Below are positions 29,116 through 38,800 of a DNA stretch of 64,000 nucleotides, one piece after another. The DNA comes from a virus: the UHGV virus genome UHGV-1353888; one strand, written 5' to 3'. Position numbers and translations under genes: made by a program. The notes under the pieces were generated by a model. That model did no database searches. It saw only the letters and a program-made list of their open reading frames with translations, and was not told where the DNA came from. The number at the start of each line of letters is the position of its first letter. The first letter of the stretch is position 1.

Positions 29116-29919
29116 ATGACCTTATCTGAACTAACAAAGCTTATTCAAAAGCACGTAGGCGTAACTGCTGATGGCATTTACGGGAAGAACACCGCCTCCG
29201 CTGTTATCCAGTCCCTTGGGATTGAGCAGGAGGAGCCCAAGGAAGAAGCTAAGGAATACCCTTCTGCGTATAGTCTTGAGCCAAAAGACATGAAGGATGA
29301 TTGGGAACTACTGACCCAGTGCATGATTCTCAATATCGTCAATTTGGAAGACCCCAAGTGCGTCAACCCGGAGACCATCCGAGTGACCAAGCTCCCTGCG
29401 GCGGACCGCGGTGGAGATTGGGAAGTAGCTGGATTGAGCGATGGGTTTGAGCCGGGTATCGTAAACAACATCAGAAATCTTATCAACAAGGGAAACAAGA
29501 TACAGGCATGGCATGAAATGATTCGGGCCATTGATGGCAAGTCCCTATCCCCCAAAGTGGCTGATGTTATGAGGGCCCTGGATATTCCTGCTATCGAATA
29601 CCGTTGCCGTTCCTTTGGATTTAATGCTGGATTGAGTGCGGCTATTAAGTGCCTACAGCGAGCCCTTGTATTTGTTTCAGGAATATCCATGGTGATTGAT
29701 GGGAAGTGGGGACCGGACACACGTCAGTTCCTTGTCTCGTACACCACCCTGGATTCCGAGAAGAAAAGACTCCTTGCACAATACAATCTTGAAATCCAGA
29801 AATATTATAAGTCTCTCAAGCAATACAAGGATGGGACCTTCGCTAAGGGTTGGACCCGGAGGTGGACAGAAGACGAGAGAGTTGCTAATAAATTTCTTGA
29901 CTTAGGGCCTATTAAATAA
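29116..29919 (+). CDS. protein with two peptidoglycan-binding-like motifs; possible cell-wall hydrolase (endolysin)
   Basis: N-terminal VGVTADGIYGKNTASAVIQSLGI and C-terminal VIDGKWGPDTRQFLV (PG_binding_1-like). Central ~150 aa unassigned. Confidence 0.5.
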   Translation: MTLSELTKLIQKHVGVTADGIYGKNTASAVIQSLGIEQEEPKEEAKEYPSAYSLEPKDMKDDWELLTQCMILNIVNLEDPKCVNPETIRVTKLPAADRGGDWEVAGLSDGFEPGIVNNIRNLINKGNKIQAWHEMIRAIDGKSLSPKVADVMRALDIPAIEYRCRSFGFNAGLSAAIKCLQRALVFVSGISMVIDGKWGPDTRQFLVSYTTLDSEKKRLLAQYNLEIQKYYKSLKQYKDGTFAKGWTRRWTEDERVANKFLDLGPIK

Positions 29920-30016
29920 TATATTGAGGGTAGCCAATTTCCCCTCCTTTCTCTAAAACTATGAGGGCGTACTCTAAACACTGGGTACGCCCTCATTTTG
30001 TTTACTCTTCTATGTT

Positions 30017-30313
30017 ATGTGTCAGTTCAATCTATACACCCTAGCTCAGGCTAGTCCACAGGGTCTTTCCCTGTATGACAAAATACTTTCCGAGGCCACC
30101 CCGTTCGCGGCGGTTGTCCTCGTCGCTGTCGTATTAGGTATCCGATTAGCATACAAGTATTTGTCTCAGCGTATGCAACAGACACTAAAGAAGGATGAAC
30201 AGTTTATTGAATTGACAAAAGAATCTCTCAATGCTATACACGAAGTAGGGGAGGGCCTCAACAACCTTAATCGGAAACTGGATTACCTGCTCCGTTCCAA
30301 GCGTGAAAATTAA
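30017..30313 (+). CDS. holin-like small membrane protein (98 aa)
   Basis: Single TM AAVVLVAVVLGIRLAY with a charged C-terminus. Adjacent to the peptidoglycan-binding protein. Confidence 0.4.
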   Translation: MCQFNLYTLAQASPQGLSLYDKILSEATPFAAVVLVAVVLGIRLAYKYLSQRMQQTLKKDEQFIELTKESLNAIHEVGEGLNNLNRKLDYLLRSKREN

Positions 30314-30324
30314 CTCGACTCATT

Positions 30325-30813
30325 ATGAAATCACTAATCTCCAAGGTTTTAAAACGCGAAAACGCTTTAACAGAAGCGGCTAGTAGCCTCGTTAGAAAAT
30401 ACAGAGAGGAGACCCATCAGATTCGGAATCGAGCAAGAACTTTTTGTGTCATCCCTTTTTGGAACATGCACAATCACATGGATATGCTAACCGAATTACC
30501 CCAAGGGGAATGGGTTACTGACAACTATGACATTTCCATGTTCTATGTTGGAAGAGATAATCAGTCCACCAAGATTTTAATTAGGGCGGATGGAGACCTC
30601 CCACCTGTGTATACCGACAAACACACCCGAACTATATGGGTGGTCGAAGGGATTCTTATCGACACCGAGACAAAAAAGAAATACTGTCACAAAGATGTGT
30701 TGACCATTGGCAAGGGAGATGCTAAAAGATTAACCCTACACGGAACCATTGCTGTAATTTTTGTACCACCTGTAGAAACCAAGACACGAGAAACAAATGG
30801 CCATACCATTTAA
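30325..30813 (+). CDS. hypothetical protein (162 aa)
   Basis: ATG ORF. Confidence 0.5.
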   Translation: MKSLISKVLKRENALTEAASSLVRKYREETHQIRNRARTFCVIPFWNMHNHMDMLTELPQGEWVTDNYDISMFYVGRDNQSTKILIRADGDLPPVYTDKHTRTIWVVEGILIDTETKKKYCHKDVLTIGKGDAKRLTLHGTIAVIFVPPVETKTRETNGHTI

Positions 30814-33646
30814 CACCCCTGCTGTGAGACCCGGAGTTCCGTCTATTCCCATTAGCGCAACTGACCGGACTGCCCAGCCTTTCCAACACGAGACATCCCT
30901 TGGACTAGAACCAATTCTGTCTTTCCCTTATCCTATTCTCAAGAACTTAATGTTCTATGTGGACGAGATGGTCGAACCTAACTCTCTCCCCAAGAAGGAG
31001 ATTGGAAGTCGATTTGTTCCCAAATCCGGTATTGGCGCAGGTCTTACCGATGGTATGAGGGCCGCTATTCTGACACATATTGAACCCGTAAAGACTTCCG
31101 ACACGAAGATGATTTACAGGTTCTTCTATGTTGTTCCCCCTTCTGAACAGCACCTCTATAACATCCTGAGCATTAAGAAGGACAAGGATGGATTTACATT
31201 GAACTCCACAGCGAGTACGGGCAAGTTCTTTGATGGGACCCAGGACGAGAACGAGCTCAAGACTTTCTATGAAATCCAGCGCACCTTTGTGTATCTCCGG
31301 AACGAAGTTCCCCCTGCTCCGGTAATTGGTAGTTTCGACCCGAGCAATGAAAGCACGGACCCCTCTGTTGCTGACTTTAGCCAGGACCATGCGTATCAAT
31401 ACTATGATGCCCAATTAGTCCATGAAGAACAGGTTCAGTTTGAAGAAGAATATCTGAACAAAGTTTTTGTACGTGTTGTTCGGATTTACAAAACCCTCCC
31501 CGGTCCCGTCGTAAAGGAACTCATTCCTATCTCGAACTGGACTTTGGGACAGACGGTATTTGAACAAGGCGGACCTGGAACTACTGGGGAATGGAAGGCT
31601 CAGAATGCCCAGCGTTGGAGCCGTGAAGTGTGGGCTTACCCCGAAGATAGCACCGCCCCTCGGACTGCTTTCATTCCTCACATGCCTCCAGAAAGTCTGA
31701 CTGCAAACCCCTCCAATGATGGGTGGGATAAGGGCTCTTTCCCTGCTACGCAGATGTACACCTTGACGGGAATGATAAAGCAGTACAGTAATCTGGTTCT
31801 GAGTTCCGCTTCGGAAAATGAATCCGGAGACTGTTGCAATCCTCCTTCCCAGTTCATTCGTTGCACTAATACCTCCAAGTCCTCTTCCCAAACGATTGAC
31901 TGGACGGCTAATGGAGACCTGCCCCCCGTGAATCCTCCCGGAAGTCAGTGTAGTAAATGGTCCACCTCTTCCGAGGTTATGGTTCGTGAATCCCATAGCA
32001 ACAAGGAGACTGCTACTACGTGCGTGACCTATGATACGGTTGGGCAACTGTGGGAGAGCCAAGTAGACCAGCTTACCGGAAACGTGTTCCCGGTCCCACG
32101 GACCCTTGTTCCCAATCCCACTACGGATTTCTATGCCAACTACGAACAGGAGGGATACACCAAGGAGGTGGATGCTATAGGGAATACGTACTACGTGCGT
32201 AGGCCCAAAATGAGTATTGTCCAGTCTCCCTATACTGTTCCGGATGATGTGTGGTCCAGCATCCCTTTCTCGGTAAATGATTTTACTGTTGAGCAGGATG
32301 GTGCATCCAGACCCGATTGGGCTATCCTTGGGAGCACTTCGATTCTTCAATCTCCGGACCCGCATGCGGGATATATGGGGGTGGACGTGTCCTATACTAC
32401 TTCTCTTCCTTCTCAGGATACAAGATATTTTGTAGCCACCCTCAAGTACAATAACACGCGCCTGTGGGGAATGAGTTTTGCGAATGCCTATCCTGACTCT
32501 GCTCATGCTCCTGGAACTATTAATCTTACGTGGCAGTACACTGCACCGAACCCTACTGGTCCGTGGTTTTCTCAAGATGGAAACTATAAGCTGGTTGGGG
32601 AAATGTCCGCTATTACTACGCTGTGGGCGGAGGGTGCATCCTCAGGATGGAAGTTCCCAGTGGGTGTTGTGGAAAACATATACCAGAAGGTCCCCACTAG
32701 GTCTGAGGTGAATTTTACAACAAGCAATGCCCCCACAAATGTAAAGGTATTTCTTGATGTAAATACTCAAAATTTGAACTTCACCGTATGGCTCTCAGAC
32801 CCAACTGGATGTTCTACGACTGGTGGAACTTTTGAGTTACGTGTTAATGGTCAAGTAATTAAGACCATCTCTATCGTACTTAAAAAAACTTCTGGTGTTG
32901 TTCCTACCATGAGAATAACCCAGGGGAGTTATCAGGAGTACACTGTAGGTTCATACGTTGTCAAGGGAACTCTTCCTGATTCTATTGAGTTGGAATATGA
33001 TAACGAAGTGTATAGATACATTCAGCTTTCCAGTATTCTACTTCCTCTCAAAGATAACGTGTTCAAGGTAGAGCAGACGGCGGACGTACCCACTCTGGTA
33101 GTCCGTCAGTATGTAAATCCTTGCTTTGCTGTGGACTCCTACATGCAGATTCCCGGAGAGGGGTACTACAGGAAGTACACTTCCGTCGAGAACTTTTCCT
33201 TCCCAGGAGTATTGGGGGGATTCCAGATTTACCCCTGGAATACTCGCCCTGCTCTTAACGGACAACAGGGAGGGAAGTATTTCGTAAATTCAGCCATGTC
33301 CAAGAATGGATATAGTGGGCCCTGCACAGCTATCATCGAAGAGTTGTTTAGCCCCAATGGGGTTCTTCCGGCATCCTGGAGTACAGGGGTTGATGTCCAG
33401 TATATCACCAACAGCGGGAGTTTTCAATCTCCCCTTGTAACTTGTAACTTCCCCTCGTGTCTGCACCCCTCCATTACGGTTCAGGTAAGCGTTGGCAATA
33501 ATGATGCTACATGGCTTCCTGGTGTAACCTCTTACACATGGCCGAGAACTAATCACACTACCTGGAAACCAGTGACCATGGTTTATGTTCAACCTAGAGG
33601 CGTTGGCATTATCGCCCGTCGAGTAACTATTCAACCCCCCGCTTAA
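30797..33646 (+). CDS. large structural (tail/receptor-binding-type) protein (949 aa)
   Basis: Long beta-type sequence with many Trp/Tyr/Asn/Thr. Antisense shadow ORFs indicate biased codons. Confidence 0.55.
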   Translation: MAIPFNTPAVRPGVPSIPISATDRTAQPFQHETSLGLEPILSFPYPILKNLMFYVDEMVEPNSLPKKEIGSRFVPKSGIGAGLTDGMRAAILTHIEPVKTSDTKMIYRFFYVVPPSEQHLYNILSIKKDKDGFTLNSTASTGKFFDGTQDENELKTFYEIQRTFVYLRNEVPPAPVIGSFDPSNESTDPSVADFSQDHAYQYYDAQLVHEEQVQFEEEYLNKVFVRVVRIYKTLPGPVVKELIPISNWTLGQTVFEQGGPGTTGEWKAQNAQRWSREVWAYPEDSTAPRTAFIPHMPPESLTANPSNDGWDKGSFPATQMYTLTGMIKQYSNLVLSSASENESGDCCNPPSQFIRCTNTSKSSSQTIDWTANGDLPPVNPPGSQCSKWSTSSEVMVRESHSNKETATTCVTYDTVGQLWESQVDQLTGNVFPVPRTLVPNPTTDFYANYEQEGYTKEVDAIGNTYYVRRPKMSIVQSPYTVPDDVWSSIPFSVNDFTVEQDGASRPDWAILGSTSILQSPDPHAGYMGVDVSYTTSLPSQDTRYFVATLKYNNTRLWGMSFANAYPDSAHAPGTINLTWQYTAPNPTGPWFSQDGNYKLVGEMSAITTLWAEGASSGWKFPVGVVENIYQKVPTRSEVNFTTSNAPTNVKVFLDVNTQNLNFTVWLSDPTGCSTTGGTFELRVNGQVIKTISIVLKKTSGVVPTMRITQGSYQEYTVGSYVVKGTLPDSIELEYDNEVYRYIQLSSILLPLKDNVFKVEQTADVPTLVVRQYVNPCFAVDSYMQIPGEGYYRKYTSVENFSFPGVLGGFQIYPWNTRPALNGQQGGKYFVNSAMSKNGYSGPCTAIIEELFSPNGVLPASWSTGVDVQYITNSGSFQSPLVTCNFPSCLHPSITVQVSVGNNDATWLPGVTSYTWPRTNHTTWKPVTMVYVQPRGVGIIARRVTIQPPA

Positions 33647-34384
33647 ATGGCAATCGCATCCTACATTAACCTCAAGTATGGGAACCTCCGTGACGAGCTA
33701 ATGAAGCTCGTCATGGGGGACATCCCCACTGGTGCGGAATATGTTTTCCGCAGAATGTTGAAAGAGGCTCAGAACCTTCTTATCAACGAAGCAACCGTAG
33801 CCCCTGACTCAATCTCTCAAAGAACAGTAACTGTAGAGAAGTCAGGAGAGACATTCTCTCTATCAAATGGTGAACAATCTGTAGTCCAAGCAAGGACAGG
33901 TTCCGGGAGAACCTACACCATCGTGGACGTGTTCTCTTATACTTCTGTAACAAGCCGAAGCTCAGTAGGTTATCCCATACCATTACTTGTGGACCTGGGG
34001 TCTAATGAAAATGGTCTTCGTTCCTACAGGGTATTGAACGGGGAACACGCTCGGCAAGTACCGGGAGGGCCCGGAGTGGCATCGGAAAACATAACCCTCT
34101 ATTTACAAATTGCACAGGCTCCTCTCTCCGGAAATATTTTTGATGACAATTATTGGACGAACGACCTTGTTGTTATCCCGAATTGCTATCCTGCTTTTAA
34201 ATCTATGCTTCTGTATGTTAGGTTCATGGAGCTTGGAAATACCGCTCAAGCATTGGATTATTACAACATGGCAGTCAAAACGCTGAATGACCATCTCCGG
34301 AAGAACCGACAGGGAACTCTGATTACTCCCAAGATTGTAAATAACTTGGGGCCTGGGCAAGCAAACCCCTTTATTCCTATGTAA
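33647..34384 (+). CDS. hypothetical protein (245 aa)
   Basis: ATG 1 nt after the upstream stop. Confidence 0.5.
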   Translation: MAIASYINLKYGNLRDELMKLVMGDIPTGAEYVFRRMLKEAQNLLINEATVAPDSISQRTVTVEKSGETFSLSNGEQSVVQARTGSGRTYTIVDVFSYTSVTSRSSVGYPIPLLVDLGSNENGLRSYRVLNGEHARQVPGGPGVASENITLYLQIAQAPLSGNIFDDNYWTNDLVVIPNCYPAFKSMLLYVRFMELGNTAQALDYYNMAVKTLNDHLRKNRQGTLITPKIVNNLGPGQANPFIPM

Positions 34385-34392
34385 TATAAGAC

Positions 34393-35721
34393 ATGGCTAC
34401 TGAAAACATTACAAAGAAAGAAGACCCCGCCGCCGCGGCAAACGTGGCTACAGGAAAAAGAAATCGTGAGGCTGTGTTGAAGGACATCGCACCCGCTACC
34501 AATCCTAATGTCCCCATCCGACCCACGACAAACAATGACCCAGGAAAACCCCTGTCTCCGGAACAGCAAGCTCCTATCGCTCAATCTAATTCTAACATGG
34601 GGATTCGTCAAGGTCTATCCCCTGCTCCTACTGTTCCTACTCGGCCAGCGGGTTCCCCCAGCAGAGAACCTCTCAACCAAGCAAGCCAAGGAATAACTCC
34701 TGCTCCTGGGACAGCACCAGAAGATGAAGGAGACAGGGACGTAATCATGACTATGGATAGAGCCACCCTGAATGAGTACCGAAGAAACACCAAACTCACC
34801 GAAGCTCAGAAAGCTATTGCCGATGAAGCCGCCTTCAAGTTCATGGAAGGGTCTCACCCCCTCCAAAGCCAGCAGGATAAAGAACTTCTTTCCAGTGCTG
34901 TCAATCCTAATACTCCTGAATACGCGAGGCAACAGCAACTTACATACCAGCAGGGTATTCAAAGGGCGGCCAGGGAGGGGTTGAGGCCAGGAGAAGTGGA
35001 AGCTCTTACCGGGTTTGACCAAGTAGTAACTCGCCAGAAGCCTTCCCCTCTCCCCACCATTCCTGGAACTTCTCCTATTACAGATACGATTCCGCCCCCG
35101 AGTACGGGACTTCCCAGCGACGAAGTGTTGCTAAGTGACCTAAGCGAACTAGTCAAAAAACAGGGGAAGGATATTGCTACCCTCAGCGAAGGGGCAAGGA
35201 ATGAGCTGTTTGCACAATACAAAGCTATGAGGAATCGTCAGGCTCAGGCCGTTGAGAGGGGGAGGGGCACTACGCCCGCTACGCCCGCTACGCCCGCTAC
35301 GCAACCTGTCGTACCTACCGTTCCCCAGGTTCCTACGAGAGGTAGGACGGGCCCGGTTCAGAGAGACTATGACTACTTCCAAAAAGTATTCAACGATAGC
35401 GATGCTAGTGCAGAGGACCAGGAGATGGCAAAGGGCTACCTGCTGGTGGACCAGATTAAAAATAACCCCAATCTCTCTGCTCGGTATGGCCGAATGTTGG
35501 AAAGGGACATCAGAACTTTTGAAAGGTCGCTTCGTTCCCAAGCAAGAACCGAGAAGGCGCAAGCCCCCCATATCCGTAAGGCCCGAGGTCTTGCAGGAAC
35601 TCAAGCTGAGAGCATGAGGAATTTGAAGAAAACAAATCCGAAAGCTTATCAACTTGCGGTATGGAGAGAAGTTCTGAAACAACCTCAGTATCAAGGGCTA
35701 ACTCTACAGCTTGGTTTTTAG
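34393..35721 (+). CDS. Pro-rich hypothetical protein (442 aa) with an internal TTPATPATPATQP repeat
   Basis: Tandem ACGCCCGCT x 3.5 at 35273-35303. Terminator follows. Confidence 0.5.
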   Translation: MATENITKKEDPAAAANVATGKRNREAVLKDIAPATNPNVPIRPTTNNDPGKPLSPEQQAPIAQSNSNMGIRQGLSPAPTVPTRPAGSPSREPLNQASQGITPAPGTAPEDEGDRDVIMTMDRATLNEYRRNTKLTEAQKAIADEAAFKFMEGSHPLQSQQDKELLSSAVNPNTPEYARQQQLTYQQGIQRAAREGLRPGEVEALTGFDQVVTRQKPSPLPTIPGTSPITDTIPPPSTGLPSDEVLLSDLSELVKKQGKDIATLSEGARNELFAQYKAMRNRQAQAVERGRGTTPATPATPATQPVVPTVPQVPTRGRTGPVQRDYDYFQKVFNDSDASAEDQEMAKGYLLVDQIKNNPNLSARYGRMLERDIRTFERSLRSQARTEKAQAPHIRKARGLAGTQAESMRNLKKTNPKAYQLAVWREVLKQPQYQGLTLQLGF

Positions 35722-35763
35722 GACATATTTTCTTCTTGCAATAGTAAATATTCATGGTACAAA

Positions 35764-35801
35764 AAGGGCACAGTCTTTACGGGCTGTGTCCTTTTCTCTT
35801 T
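35764..35801 (+). terminator. rho-independent terminator: 12-bp stem with two G-U pairs, TTTAC loop, TTCTCTTT tail
   Basis: AAGGGCACAGTC TTTAC GGGCTGTGTCCTT. Confidence 0.5.
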
Positions 35802-35837
35802 ACAAGAGAGGGATTAACCAACATACTATACGCATCT

Positions 35838-38800
35838 ATGCCAAATGACACTAACCAAGAACCCTTGACTTATAGGAGTTTCGGACCCAAGAATCCGCAA
35901 ACTGAATACTATAAGCAGTTGAGGCGAGAACAAAGCCAGACTAGATGGCAGGAAGGAAGACAGGAGAGAGCGCAGGAAGCCCAGCAGACTCCTCTTTCGG
36001 AGGAAGCCAAGTTTCTTGATACACTCAACAAGATCTTCAAACAGGAAGAGGAGGCCAGCTATACTCAGGAACAGCGAGCCTATACTCAGGAACAAAGGGC
36101 TATCTCTGCTGAGGATAGAGGAATCCGTAAGAAAGAAAAGGAGGATTCCAAGAAAGAGAAACAGGCTTCGAAGCGAGACAAGCAAATCAGAGACTGGCTT
36201 TCTGGTATCAATACCCGTACACCTGGAAAGTCTTTGGGCTTTTCTACAGAGGCGGAGTATGAAGACTACCTCACCAAAACTAAGCCTGAAACCCTCGTAG
36301 ACATTACCAAGTTCAAGGCCAACGACCCCGAAGAAATCAGGCGCGCCCGCTCTGCTGTTGAAGAGATGGGAGCCTCCCTTGTTCTTAGTGGGGAACATCC
36401 TCAAGTGGCCGAAGGTTCTTTCCGTAGTCTGGAACCGCAGGATAAAGCCAACAGGCTTCTTTCCAAATCCAAGTACGGACTCACCAAAACCGAAGATGGT
36501 TCTTATGTGGTAGACGAACGCTTCCTTGCTAGAGTTAATGACCCCTCCACCGCTGGCATGAGGAACGAGAATATCGCTCGTGCCATTGTAAACAATCTTA
36601 AATCCATTATTTCCAAGGAAGATGAAAGAGGCCGCAGTGATTACCTTATCCCCGACGTTGAAGAAGTTACCAACCTCGTCAGAAACGCACGAGCAAAGAA
36701 CAGGGAAACCTACCAAGAGTACGAAAAAATCAGGGAGAGATTCGCAGTACCAAAGGGTGAAGAAGAACAAAAGGCTGTAGCCCCTGAAAAGGTGGGGGAG
36801 CAAAATGGTGGAGACTCTTCTAGGACTCAACCTACTCTGGTGCAACATGTGCTGAGTGAGGTTGACAGGTTCTTCACCGTCAACCCGGAAGCTATGGAGT
36901 ACCTCAACACTCTTGGTGCCAAGACGGATGAGGAAATTCCCGGAGCTATCGAAGACCAAAAGTTTAGAGAGCAAGCCCGTAGGGGTATTGAACTCAAGGA
37001 CCAACTGGCTCGTGCTATCTCCGAAGCCAACCCCGCCATCGACCTGAGAACCGTTCGAAATGAACTAGACGACGATGCGCTCCTGTACAGGGAAGCGGTC
37101 AGCCAGTTCTATGGTGGAGAGATTCCCGAAGAAGTTTCCTCTGCTATCCTCAATCGAACCACACAACTCGCCCAGCAGAGGCAAGCCCTTGTGGCCAGCG
37201 ACTATGCCAAGGCCGAGAAGGATGCTATCGCTGAACACCTCAAGTCTCTTGGCTTGGATGAAGGGGTAGCCCTTAGCATGGGTATATCTGGATTAACCAA
37301 TCGCCATATCGCTGAGAGTGATACGGGGATGGGTACGATGCGTAGTGCCGTGAACGAAGCACTTCAACAGTATCAGTCAGGTGCGGGACAGCTTGCCGCA
37401 TCCATGAGCTTCGGTGAACAGAAAGGCTATCGAGACCCCCTCTCCCACATGCAGTGGGTGAACATCGGGGATGGCAAGATGGCTTATGCTTTCGTTGACC
37501 CCGGCACAAATGAACGTGTCGGGAATGGGTTCATTGTAGACTTTGGTAACGTAGACCAGCAAGCCAAGGCTCTTGGTGTTAGTAGGGAAGCCTACCTTGA
37601 CAACCTCGCTCTTCCCTTCAAGATGGGCAACCTGAACGCAACGGACGAAGCGAACTCCTTGTTCGCTTGGGACAAGTTGAACGGTAAGCTCGTTGAGAAC
37701 GCTACGGCGGAAAGCACAGGGGGTCTTGCCTACTACGACAATGACCTTATTGAACGAAGTGTCCTTCGTGCAGTTGAAGCTGGGGCCCCTGCTGAGGTGG
37801 TAGATAAGTACCGGGAGAACCTTCTCCAACTCCAGAAGCAGAATGCCAAGGATATGATTGACCAGATGCTCGGGCAGTATGAAGCTGTAGCTAATCTTGT
37901 GGCTTCTGATAGCAAGACTCTGGACACTCTGTTCCCCGGAATCCGTCTCGCAATGAAGGCAATGCACAATGACTTCCGGGATTACTATGCAGAGAACAAG
38001 GGAAAGATGACCAACGAGGAAATCATTTCTTCCTTCCTTGCTGACGAGCAGAACCGACAGGGCTTCCTTGCCATCACTATGGCGGGAGCTAAGACCGTAG
38101 CCCGTTACAAGGCCGCGGCTATTGGTGCTTCCCAGTTCGTGAGTGAAGGCTCTCGTATCATAGGCCTTGGAACCGGAGACCCCGCTAAGTACAACAACAT
38201 GTGGGAGAACCTTCACAAGGAGGAGCAGGCCATTAACACCATCACTACCCGTGCTGGTGGGGTTGCTGAATGGGGTGCTGAAATTGGGAACGTCCTGTTG
38301 CAGACTGCAGAGACCACAACCACTGGTGGTATCGGTGGGGTTAGCGGAAGAGTTGGTACTATGACTGGTAGGCTTGCCAAATTATTTGGTGAAGCTGTTG
38401 CCCTCAAGGCCGCTACTCCCGGAACCATGCGTCTCGGTCAGGTAATCACGAAGCTCGGTGGCGGGGTTGAACGTCTGGTCTCCGGACCCGGCAAGTCCGC
38501 CCTCACTCAGGCTTCCTCCCGTGGTTCCAGTCTGGCTATCTCTGCCAAGCTCTTCACGGATGCCGCGGCTCCTACCTTCGGGGAAGTGTCCAACGCAACC
38601 TACAATGAAGAGATGGCACGGCTCGCCAAGGACCCGGAAACATCGGGTCTTTCCGAAGCCATCCGTATGGAGATGGCACAGAACGTCGCCACCACCAAGG
38701 GAAGTATTGCGGGTATCGGATATGGTATCTTCTCTACTATCCTCAACAACCGCGCTGGTTTCAACCGCATGATTCGTAAGGCCACGGGTGCTACCACCAA

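Noticed and set aside
30072-30083. TGTATGACAAAA partial box inside the holin-like gene
   Set aside because: 10/12 match only. It is in frame as LYDKIL, and no spaced -35/-10 elements follow.
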